This document shows positions 1-11,608 of a DNA stretch of 64,000 nucleotides, in pieces (within the stretch, counting starts at the first letter, position 1; every line of letters starts with the position of its first letter). Source of the stretch: Lingula anatina (Eukaryota > Animalia > Brachiopoda); NCBI GenBank assembly GCA_051362555.1, contig CM120641.1:1860001-1924000 (forward strand), given 5' to 3'. The notes under the pieces were generated by a model. That model was not told the DNA's origin, did not search any database, and saw nothing but the letters and a program-made list of their open reading frames with translations. Position numbers and translations under genes: made by a program.

Positions 1-528
1 ATAAGCAGTGGAATGCATAAAGGGGCCCATTTCAAGTTAGGTGGTGAAATTTGACGCTATTCTGAGCCAGTCCTCGGTTATGCTGTATAGCGCGGGCCAA
101 ATTCCCGCCACGAGTGTATCAGAAATACTGTCCAACTTTTTGTCTGAAATCGGGCTATACACACGCGTCCTCGGTTGTGCTGTAAAGGGCGGACCAAATT
201 CCGCGTCCTCGGTTGTGCTGTGAAGGGCAGACTAAACTGAAACTAATGTTATATCTCATATATATATTCAGTAAGTTCATATTTTTAAACTAAAGGTCTT
301 TTTTATCAAATTAAGCTCTCCTAGGCCGTTACGTAACTACATAACTATCATCGCACTGTACATATTACGGCACGCTTCTTTATTAGTACAACTGACTTGG
401 AGTGGTTTAAATAAAGAAGAACTGTCTGAATTTGTGGCTCACTCGGTAGATCTTAGGACCGACAATCTTTTGAGGGTGCAAGAATTAAATGAAAAGGGTA
501 AATGGATCGTCCGTAAACCCCCTTTACA

Positions 529-2125
529 CTGGGCTCGACATTAGCGCCTGTCCGGGACAGGTAAAAAATCAGTTCGGACAGGTGAAGTTGCAGGGTTGGC
601 TGTCCGACGGACAGGTCATGTTTTGTGAGAAATTTGGAGCAAAAATCTTTTTAAAAAAATATATTTTGTTGCATACTAACGTCTTTTATTCCCTTCCTAG
701 ACGGCATTGAAAAGAGTGACCTACTTTTGGCACAAAACACATGCAGTCGCAAAACGAAGTCTGAGTAAACTTACCGCCAAATTATGAAAGAGAACACCCT
801 CCAGAACTTCATCAGACAAAATTTATTCACATATCAGGTTCTTTACTTTATATTTATTTAGTTCAAAATCTACGTGCTCTAGTAGTAAAGACCGTTCCAA
901 AAACAGAAACTACACAACTACTGTGCTGCCTGGGTACAAAGCCAGATTGAACTGGATGAACTGGCTATATCTAGTTCGTTGTCAAGGCAACATACTGCCT
1001 GTCAATCAAATACGTTGTATGCTATCTACTCACTATAGAAAGTGAAATCTTTTGGACTGAAGATCTTGTTGAAATGTTGTTTATTTGCCAAAATATAACC
1101 TGAAATTTTGTATGGTGTTTTCTTTAATGATTCTAGTATCACCTTTGTTATTTACAGTTAAAAAATAGTGCTCAGCTGGAATATGATAAATTAACATTGC
1201 TGTCATATACCAGTATGATATTGATGTAAGGAAGAAATTAGTAATAAAAAATATGAGAATTTTAATAAAAAGAAGGGGAACATTTTATACTGATTTTATT
1301 TAATTCATATATTAAAAAAAATCAAACACATGATAACCCAAAAAAAGAAGTTAAATTGTTAACATAGATATAAGTATTATAAAATGAATATTATTGAACA
1401 TTTCATTGAACTATATTCAAATATTATTAATTTTGAATATTTTAATAAAATTAATTTAACAGTACCCCCTCCCCACTTCCCGCTCAGGGTATTTTTTTTC
1501 TTTTTTTTTTTTAAGCTGTGGTTAAACTTCATGTAATCTGTTATCAAATTGCATATTTACAATTAGTAGACCCTGTACCCCAAATCCTAGGAGAAGCCCT
1601 GATTGGAACTATGTTAAATCAGACTTAGACCCCATTTCCAGAGATTAGATCGATCTACTTTAGATCAACCTAACTCCCTGGGGGTTCACGCAGAATAGCT
1701 GTCAGCCGAGCGGACACGAAAGTTAATTACCCCCTTACAGCTTGTAGTAGGTGGGACGGACATTTAAGCCGGATTATCTGACAGTAATCTAGTGAGACTC
1801 CCCGCGGGGATAGATCGATCTAAAAGCTCTGGGAATACAGCCTTATATGCAAGATTTAATCTTCAGGAGTTCACAAGTATGAAAAAACAACTTTTTACCT
1901 GAAAATAAATTCACTTTAAGGTGCATTTTCCCAGCTCATTTGATTGAGTATTTTGGTAATAAATACATTAAATGTATGACTACACATTAATTTACAAAGT
2001 TTTGGGTATGAATAGAAAAAAAAATATTGGTTTTGTTGGACAGGTTGGTTTGAAAATCGGACAGGTCAAATTTGTGACCACCTGTCCGAAGGACAGGTGC
2101 TCATAAAAGTTAGTGTCTAGCCCTG
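529..2125. mobile_element. Non-autonomous hAT-like DNA transposon
   Basis: Imperfect TIRs CTGGGCTCGACATTAG ... TTAGTGTCTAGCCCTG. Clusters of subterminal GGACAGGT/CCTGTCC motifs at both ends (about 546-616 and 2038-2098). No transposase ORF and no clean TSD. Confidence 0.6.
1628..1842. mobile_element. Palindromic MITE family B, copy 1 (PIF/Harbinger-like)
   Basis: TTA|GACCCCATTTCCAGAG...CTCTGGGAATACAGCC|TTA, giving a 3-bp TTA duplication. Contains internal TAGATCGATCTA palindromes. Related to 8996-9206 and 56931-57186. Confidence 0.75.
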
Positions 2126-2369
2126 CCAGTGGGGCAGCGTCCTTTGTGCGAGCAAGAAACTGGCATCACTGTGGTCGTAGAAAGGAGGTACAAGCATTGC
2201 TTTGGTTGAAAAAAATGAATATTTGGTGATTGGCCAGTTGTCAGAAAGTTAAGTATTATAATTTTGTACTCTCAAATGGATCCGTACTACAGGACGCAGA
2301 AAGGACGCCGTCCAGTGTAAAGGGCCCCTTAGCTAACTATGAATTAATCTACCCCTGACAGTTTGAAGA

Positions 2370-4600
2370 AGGCTATGACATTATGAAAGTTTGAAAATCT
2401 TCATAATGGGCTGCTTTTTTTTTTCAGAAAATTTGCTGTTGTTTTTGCTTTTTTCAGCATACATGCAACACTGTAAACACAGTCCAAGGAGAAGCAATAG
2501 GTCTATTGTCATGAAACTCACAGAACTGATGATTATTAGTAAAAGGGTTGTCAAAAGATCAAAAATCGGCATATCCGGGCCATTTTTTGTCAAAAGTTAT
2601 GCTGTTTTTTTTTCTGCCATTTTCAGCATATAAGTAACACTGTAAGCACATTTCAGGGAGAACCGATAGGCCTGTTGTCATTAAACTCACAGGAGTGATC
2701 AATGTTACCAATATACAAATCAAGTTTGAAAATAGGATTGATTGGTTGAGTTTTGTGGAAGTTGTGCCTTGTTTTGATATATATAAGTGGTTTTCCTCAG
2801 ATTTGATTGTCAGGCATGTTGACAGTTTCGTTATTGAACTAACTAGATATGTAAATATGTTAGTGTTTGTCTGAAATTTTCTGCATCTTTACAACATTGC
2901 TAGTTGATTATATAAATATGACGGTAAACATGTTATCATGTACTGTGTAATACAGTGTCTCAAAATGGAGGCAATGGGGTGATTATTTTCAAAAGTTTTG
3001 CATTTTTTCTCCTTTTTTCATTGTACATGCAACACTGTAAACACATTTCAAGGAGAACCAATAGGCCTCTTTTCATAAAACTCACAGAACTGATGATTAT
3101 AAGTAAAAGAATGGTCAAGATTGAAAATCAGCATGACCAGGCCCTTTTCTTTCAAATGTTATGCTGTTTTTTTTTTTTCAGCATATAAGTAACACTGTAA
3201 GCACATTTCAGGGAGAACCAATAAGCCTGTTTTCAAGAAACTCACAGGAGTAATCAATGTTATCTATATACAAATCAAGTTTAAAAATAAGATTGATTGG
3301 TTGAGTTTTGAGGGACTTCAGCTTTTATTTGTATATAAATGGTTTTCCTCAGATTTGATTGTCAGGCATGTTGACAGTTTCGTTATTGAACTAACTATAT
3401 GTAAATATGTTAGTGTTTGTCTGAAATTTTCTGCATCTTTACAACATTGCTAGTTGATTATATAAATATGACGGTAAACATGTTATCATGTACTGTGTAA
3501 TACAGTGTCTCAAAATGGAGGAAATGGGGTGATTATTTTCAAAAGTTTTGCATTTTTTTCTCCTTTTTTCAGTGTTCATGCAACACTGTAAACACACTTC
3601 AAGGAGAACCAATAGGCATGTTTTCATGAAACTCAGAGAACTGATGATTATTAGTAAATTAAAAAGAATGATCAAGATTGAAAATCAGCATGACCAGGCC
3701 CTTTTCTTTCAAATGTTATGCTGTTTTTTTTTCAGCATATATGTAACACTGTAAGCACATTTCAAGGAGAACCAATAAGCCTGTTTTCATGAAACTCACA
3801 GAACTGATGATTATTAGTAAAAGAATGGTCAAGATTGAAAATCAGCATGAACAGGCCCTTTTCTTTCAAATGTTATGCTGTTTTTTTTAAGCATATAAGT
3901 AACACTGTAAGCACATTTCAGGAAGAACCAATAACTTAAAGCCTGTTTTCATGAAACTCACAGAACTGATTATTATGAGTAAAAGAATGGTCAAGATTGA
4001 AAATCAGCATGACCAGGCCCTTTTCTTTCAAATTTTATGCTGTTTTTTTTTTCAGCATATAAGAAACACTGTAAGCACATTTCAGGGAGAACCAATAGGC
4101 CTGTTGTCATTAAACTCACAAGAGTGATCAATGTTATCTATATACAAATCAAATTTAAAAATAAGATTGATTGGTTGAGTTTTGAGGGACTTCAGCTTTT
4201 ATTTGTATATAAGTGGTTTTCCTCAGATTTGATTGTCAGGCATGTAAACAGTCTCATTATTGAATTTACTAGATATGTAAAATGGGTTGTTTGACAATTT
4301 CTGCGTCTTGACAATATTGCTAGTTGATTATATAAAAATGGTGGTAAACCTGTTATCTTGTATTGTGTAAAAAAAGTGCCAAAATGGAAATGAACTCGTA
4401 TCATTGTAGTTTGTCAGATTCAATCATTCACAATGTTCGGAATGGAGGAAATTGGACATTTAAACTTGTTATATTGATATTTTTGCCATCTCAACAATTT
4501 TCTTAGTTGATCATGTGAAATGGCAGTAAACTGTATTATTTTATGTAAAAAAGTTAAAAATGGAAAGAAACCCATTTCAGTACAGTGCTCTCTTGTATAC
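2370..4600. repeat. Complex tandem satellite (about 160-bp subunits within a 550-560-bp higher-order unit)
   Basis: The anchor ACACTGTAA(A/G)CACA...GGAGAACCAATAGGCC...AAACTCACAG recurs near 2469, 2637, 3032, 3192, 3584, 3746, 3902 and 4066. Long blocks at 2740-3000, 3290-3550 and 4165-4390 are highly similar. Confidence 0.85.
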
Positions 4601-5422
4601 ATTTAGTATGTCTTTGGAGTTCCATGAACCTGAAAACCTTTGCTAGTCACATTTTCTGAATATTCATGATACTAATATTTTATTATAAAAAATTGATGAT
4701 CATTATGCTGTTAAGCATTATATAATATTGCATCAAATTGGAAGAAAGCACAATTTTGGGTGCTGCTGGCATGATGTCCTCAATTGTAAAATTGTGTACT
4801 GTGCAAGTCTGTATCCAATGGACGACACTTTGTGTTATCAAAATATAAAATTCATGATAATAAAAGAGTGCTAAATAGAAAATAAGCATTATGAAAATAA
4901 AATGTTTGAAAACGAATTTCTTTGGTCTTTTATTTTATTTCATCAGTATCCTTTCTTTTCCTAAATTAATTGATGTTTTATCTCATAATCTTCAAATCTA
5001 AAAAAGTGGCAAAGCCCAGCATTAAATATTGTATAACTGTTCATTTAATCATCACCTCTGGTGTTATTTTGGAATTTACCTTAAATATGAAAGAATTTCA
5101 TAAAAATGTGAATTGCTGCAAAGTAACGCTATATAAAATTTGCTTTGCATTAAAAGTACAATCATTATTACATGTAGATGCATGCATGTCCTCGGTTGTA
5201 ATGTGTAGTGTCTGTCCGTGTGTGTGTCCGTGTGTGTCCTCGGTTAGAATGTAAAATTCTTGTCAGCAAAAAATTAGTTTTTATAAAAAATTAATTTATA
5301 ACATTCATACTCGAATAGATTTTACCCTAAATTGAATGTTTTTATTTTGATTTAACCAAGGAATAAGATGTCCTCGGTTGTATGGTGTTGTGCTGATGTC
5401 CTCGGTTGGTACACATAGACAA

Positions 5423-5424
<2 letters not shown>

Positions 5425-5459
<35 letters not shown>
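5425..5459. repeat. (TG)n microsatellite
   Basis: Directly visible. Confidence 0.95.
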
Positions 5460-5462
<3 letters not shown>

Positions 5463-5587
5463 CAGCATGCATGTTAGTATTGATACTTTAAATAATCAAC
5501 AGTGTTGATGCTTCAAATAGTCCATAATTGTTTTTCACTGGCAGGCATAAACTGTCCATGCTTAATATCTTTTATAAACCATCTTAC

Positions 5588-7897
5588 TTGTATTTCTCAA
5601 GGAATCCATCATATTCTGTAAGATGATGTATCCTGTTAACAGCCACATCTATGTCCTTCTGATTTGCTATAAAGTCCTCTGAACATGTACTTGCTAACAG
5701 GGTATACTCTAGCAAAATGTCCTTACTGAAAGAGAAAAAGGAATTTGTGTTTGTTTTGCATGTTGGGTTTAGTGTTGTAGGTTCAGTAATATCAATGAAA
5801 AATTCTGGAAGCAAACAGTGATTACTGTTTTCTACCATTCCGTTTTCTGCATGTCTATAGACATGAACTTAAGCCCATCTTACTGGGAATAATTCAATTG
5901 CATTTTTATATAAATAGTTTCAAAATTCCAACAATAACTTTCACTACAAAACATGATGCTGATAACAGGAGTGACTCTCACATAAGCTATCGCTGGATAA
6001 GACTTCCAAGTATCTTTAACATGTAGTATACTGCTTGATCAATGCATCTACAATCCCTCCATTATATATTTTAACTTCCTTTTTGTGGCTTAGCATTTTC
6101 AAACTGTTTTAATGAAATATTTACATTTTCCCTTCACAAACTCCATAAAATTATCTGCTTTTAATTTTCTTTCATTTTTTTTTTTTTTTTGAAAGTATGA
6201 GGAATGGGGGGAGGGCAATTTTTCCTCAGAGTATGTCAGATTTTGAGTGTGTTAACCTTAAGATAGATGAGATGTGTTAACTCACCACTGTTCAACCATA
6301 TCTTCCTGTATAGCCTGGTGGTAGTTCAGCAGGCCAGGCAGGGTGGTCCTCAGGTAGGCAGAGTGCTGCTGGTTGTAGTCATGTATGGCCACCACATACT
6401 GGTTGTGTGTCTTGTGAAGCCTGGTGCAAGTCTTGAGAACTTTGCTCTTGGCTTCTTCAAACTTACTGCCACCTTTACCTAGCACGATGAAATGAAAATG
6501 ACTTTAATTTATCTGGTAATATGAATATAATGCATTGAGTATGTGATGAAAATCTAAATACACTGTAATTTGAAGAAGGTGGTGTGTAAAATAAGAAACT
6601 TACAAAGAGCTGTCCAAAACTGAAGCTAAAACAATAAAATTTTGTAAATTTGTTCAGTCACTTGCTGCTGTTTCTGCTTTGGGCCAGTGCATTCTTAGAA
6701 CCTCAAAGAGTCAGCAAGTTTTAAAATTTGACACAGAATGATGAATATGTTTTTACATGACTCCTGTAAGCCAAGAGATGAGTAAAAAGAGAACATTTAA
6801 AACAATTTAAAATATATCAAAAATGAAACCAAACTCCTGACACACTTACTTTTGTTGTACAAGTCTTCATACTTTGCTCTTTCTGTCTTCAATTTGTCGA
6901 CCAGTTTTGCATATTCTGACTTCTGTGTCTCCACCTCCCTTTTTGACTGCAAAGGAAACAACAAACAGAATGTCATTTGATTTCAGCAAATTCTTTAATT
7001 TGATTGCAGCATCTTAAAAGAAAATTTGTAAAAGACAGAATTCAAATCAGTACACACAGACAGGCACTATTCCCAAGAGTCTTCTCAGAAACTGCATTCA
7101 CGTGTACATGTGTGTTTTTGTGGATGTGGGTGTGCGCGCATGTGCAACAGCGTGTGTGTGGACATGTGAAGGGGTATGTTTAAAAACCAAATGGCAATTA
7201 AATATGCAGATTTTTCTTTTTCAGGGCAAAATACTTGGGAGGAGAACTTACTGCTGCTAACTCTGCGTCCAGCCTCTGTCTCTCCTCTGCTAACATTTTT
7301 CTTGATGCTTTTTTTTCATTGATCAGCAAGCTCAACTTTTCAACTGTCTTAGAAGACATGTCTTCAGCATTCTGCCTTACACGTGAGGCTATATCTTCAG
7401 TTTTCTTGATTATCTCTCCCCATACCTATATTAATAAATTGGTAATAATGATAATAAAGATATAAAGTAAATATAAATAAAATGGTTTGAGGCAAATAAT
7501 ATAATACATATTATGACTTGTTTCAAATTCAATCAAACTTGCTTATAGTCAGTAATTTCTGAGTAATGTTAATTAAGTTAACATTTTAAACTTATTGACA
7601 TGCTTTTTCAATGCCACATGATGAAAGCAGAGGTTTTTACTCAAAGACATATTAAATCCAGGTAACATCCTGTGTTCTACTTTCACCTACCTCAAATATC
7701 GGATTACTGAATTCGGCATTGTCCAGTCTCTGAGCCTGTTTGACCATCTCTCCCAGTCCATTGGCATAGCTTTTGTCACTCTTTATCCGCATTTCTATAC
7801 TCTTGCGCATGCTCTCCAGCAGACGCACTTCAGCATCCTGCAGCCGAAGCAATGCATCATGGGATTTGGGCTGCTGCAGAGTAGCACCAAACTTCAT
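5588..7897 (-). CDS. FER: Tyrosine-protein kinase Fer/Fes, 5' part (F-BAR domain); the gene continues beyond the left edge of the window
   Basis: Five GT-AG, phase-consistent coding exons: 7897-7691 (MKFGATLQQPKSHDALLRLQDAEVRLLESMRK...RIKSDKSYA), 7425-7252, 6946-6850, 6478-6286 (RLHKTHNQYVVAI...TLPGLL) and 5725-5588. The N-terminus closely resembles vertebrate FER ([43 protein letters not shown]). No SH2 or kinase exons were found in 1-5587. A probable non-coding first exon ends at 10953 (CAG|GTAAG on the - strand). Confidence 0.93.
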
Positions 7898-8995
7898 TTT
7901 GTTCTGAAAAGAAAATCAATATAGATTATAACAGCCAATAACATACTGAAAAATAAAGAGCAAAAGTATTATGTTCAAAGTCAGACAACTCTATAAATAT
8001 ATACCAGATGTATAAGCAAGCAGATATTTGGCCGTTATCCATCAACAAACATGATCCTACGTAAATACTACACACTGGCAATACAATTAGGTTGGAGCTT
8101 TTGTTTATCTTTGTTGATAAACCAAGACAAAAAACAGCCCTTAACAGCTAGTACCTGACTGATTATTGGTATAAATATTTCTCAATGTATTAAATGCCAG
8201 ATTGAATGCTTTTAACATAACGAAATTATTTCACATATTATCAGTGATCAGAAATCAATAGTATAGAAGTCGCAAAGAGAAAACTGTAGATTGTAGCGTG
8301 AGAACATATAACTAAGCATAAGAGGTTGATTTATGTTGACCTCCTATCATCTCCTTATCAGATGTCAACTAACCACAGAGAAATAAGTTACTGATTCCTT
8401 TTTAATCATCAAAATTCCCTTTCACAAGGAAAACAATTACTGGGAACTGCTCTCTGTAAATTGTTACAACATATTCAGTGTTTAAAGAATTAGTGTACTA
8501 GTGACTTCATTACGGTTTTTATAAAAGGTAACAATAACTTTGACATGTAACTCAAATATGAATGTTTTTTTTTTTCATAATTTCATAGTCAAAATCAGTG
8601 TTTAATCTCTAGCTCTGTGAACATAAGGGTAAATTAAAATAAAATGTGTACTTTCATGATCAGACTATCCAAATATTGATCACAAAAAGACCATTGAGCA
8701 GTTATTATCAATATGAGATAAACACTTCCCTTTTTGAATTTGACAGGAACACATTCACTTCTACTATTAGTTCACCTGCAGAACCCCCTCTCCACTTAAA
8801 AAAAGAAATAATAAGAAATGGACTAAAATATAAAGTCACTGGGGAAATTTGGCTGTATAACTGGTTGAAAATTGCTGAAAACCGGACTTCCTTCTTCCTG
8901 CTTTAAGTATTGTTTCAATTACTGACAGTGTATGGTAATATAAAACGAGTACCTTGTGACCAAGTTTAAAACTGATACCTAGAGACCTAGTTTTA

Positions 8996-9206
8996 GAGTG
9001 CATTCCCATAGATTTAGATTGATCTATCTAGATCGACCTTACTCCCTGGGGGTTCAAGCTAAATTGATGTCAGCCGAGAGCGCATGGTAGTTAATTCCCC
9101 TTTACAGCTTTTAGTAGACGGAGACTCTTAAGCCGGCTAAGCTGACAGTAATCTAGTGAGACTTCCCACATGGATAGATCAATCTAAAATCTGTGGGAAT
9201 GGGGTC
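8996..9206. mobile_element. Palindromic MITE family B, copy 2
   Basis: TTA|GAGTGCATTCCCATAG...CTGTGGGAATGGGGTC|TAA. Internal sequence is colinear with 1628-1842. Confidence 0.75.
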
Positions 9207-10952
9207 TAATACTGGTACCTAGTGACGTATTTTTAGACAGGTACCTAGTGACCTAGTTTTGCCACCTAACAGATGGTGCTGTATATTAATATACAGTAAT
9301 AGAAGTCTGGTGAAATATTCACAATATTTTATTTAATAACCCCAATCTCCTTGATCATCATCTGATAAATTTGTTATGCTGCCACTAAATGGGGACACAT
9401 TTAATGGTAAGGGATTCATGAAAAACATCCTTTGGAGATCAAATTGGTGCCTCAGACCAATTTTAAACATTTTTCATAAACTTTGTGCTGTTCTATATCC
9501 TTCCACTAAGTCACTGCATACCTGATGGTTTCCAGTACTTGAGGTTAGCCACTTTTTAGTAAAGAATGGTATTTAGTGGTCAAACTGGTCTCAAGATGAC
9601 TTCATGTGACACTAAGTATAATGGGACAGATATTAAAATGGAAATTACTGGATACCAGTGAGAGAAAACTGACTACTTCTCCAAACATGGATTTCCGGTG
9701 CACTAAACTCAATACTAGTAAATGTTACAACTAAAAATAAATTTATATATGAAAGCTTAAATTAAATGCATTTAAAATAAACTCAATCTTGACATAATAT
9801 CCTATTTTACTAAATTACTCATGTGTTTATCACCTTCTGAATATTATTTTTAATATGTTCAGCATCTTTAAAGAAGCGAGGTTTAGAAAAAAAAGTACAT
9901 TGGTTATTGTTTTTTGAAATTTGTACTTATTTTAAATATATACTTGACTTACAGGGCTCAGAAATGTTCATGTTGATCACAGGTCATAACATGTTGTAAA
10001 GTACAGAAGAACACATAACATACCCAGTGACAAAAGGCGATAATAATAATTACTGACCCGTTAATTTTTAATGATGCTCGGTATATATACGGTATGCATA
10101 TACTGATGTAGTGATATAAAAATAGAGACAAGAAGATTATTCACTTCAAAAGCTGTGAAGTGTAACTAAGTCTTTGTCGAGATCTGATATTTTCACTGTC
10201 TTCAGTGAATCACATCTTGATATACTGTACTAGTACTTGTTATTTACATTACTTAAAAAAACAGTTGTCTTTTATATAAATTCCAACTCTCCTGTATAAT
10301 AGATTTCTGTGCTGTTCACGAAGGCTGAAAATCAATATGATTTTATCAGTCTTTTAACAACCATTATGGCTAATTATAATATTTGGGATGGGAGTGGAGG
10401 GGATTTTACCCAGTATCTACTTAGTCATTTTGCAGCAATTTAAAAACTAAAAAATGTCTTGATTAAATGCTTCAGTGAGCATCAGTTCCACTTGAAATTT
10501 AGCACAACACTGACCAAATAAAAACCAGGGAATTGTGAGTACGTAAAAATAATACTAGAGGACAGTCTTACTATGTTAGAGATACAGTACTGTACAGTCA
10601 TAGGCGATGCACTTACATGTAGTACTGATTTCTATTTCAAAACATCGAATAGACTATAGTTTATAACTAACACAGTCAAACACAGTCAAATGTAAAAATT
10701 GAGGCTGTGCATATTTTACCATTCACAGGGACCTAATTGCTTGGCACGTACAATGGTATAATTAAAACTGATACCACATGCATTACTGCTAGTGCTAGTG
10801 GTTGCCTCGCCTAAACGATGATAGGATTCGGTCTAGCAAAGGGTACGCAAACATAAAATCTAGGGGTTTATGGCTAGTTACCATGCTACATCCCATACCA
10901 AAACACGACTTTTACACCTCACAGTTTATGATACTCATCCAGGCTCTCTTAC

Positions 10953-11119
10953 CTGCTCGCTTATCGTTTCTATGTCATATTAAAGCTAACTTTCTATATG
11001 CAAAAATCTTGATGACTTCCTCGTTCCGCTGACTTCCGCTTCGATTACGACATGACGTCACCAGTTTTAGTGTTCACATAAATTGATGACGTAGACGCAC
11101 TATACACGGGATTCCACAG
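10953..11119. promoter_or_regulatory. Putative bidirectional promoter between the first exons of FER and FBXL17
   Basis: Opposed strong splice donors at 10951-10952 (-) and 11120-11121 (+). Between them the DNA is locally CpG-rich, with ETS-type ACTTCC motifs at 11015 and 11032 and a perfect CRE (TGACGTCA) at 11053-11060. Confidence 0.6.
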
Positions 11120-11608
11120 GTGAGGACTTGAGACTTGTTTATGTTTTACTGTTTATTGACATATCAAGGACAGTTTGTACTGTCATGCAAGAGTTTAAGT
11201 AGAATAAAAGCCTGCACTTAAAGCGTGTTCAAACCTTTAATGGTTTTTGCTATTGGCAATTAACTGGCTAAAATCAGTTCACTAGGGATTGGTCATGATT
11301 TACAGGTGTACATGTACAATGTATTAAGTTGTGGTTTTACTTTCATGTTGTCCTTACATGTACATTGTCATTACTACCAGTAGTTATACTTGCATTGCAA
11401 TTTAAATCTGCATACTAGTAGCATACAGTAGTTGCAACCTTCCTCTTTAAATAAATTTTATCTTTATGCTAGGAAAAAAAATGCATAGAAATAATAGATG
11501 TTGCATACATGGTCATTAAAATTGTGATATCTGGTAGGTTTATGATTTTTTTGCAGATTCAAAAAATTAAGCTCAACAACTCGGTGTTTGATGTATTTCA
11601 GGGCTAAA

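Larger units (their letters stand above)
517..2328. mobile_element. MITE family A (PIF/Harbinger-like), split by nested insertions
   Basis: Left end ACCCCCTTTACACTGG at 517-532 (after TAA). The remainder at about 2135-2328 (GCGTCCTTTGTGCG...GGACGCAGAAAGGACGCCGTCCAGTGTAAAGGGCCCC, then TTA) matches the intact copy at 42119-42270. Confidence 0.7.

Noticed and set aside
2381-4404. Repeated short ORFs (MQHCKH...KLTELMIISK) suggesting a tandem peptide gene family or a CRISPR-like array
   Set aside because: They come from the satellite. Homopolymer indels and stops break the frames, and the intervening sequences are themselves repeated rather than unique spacers.
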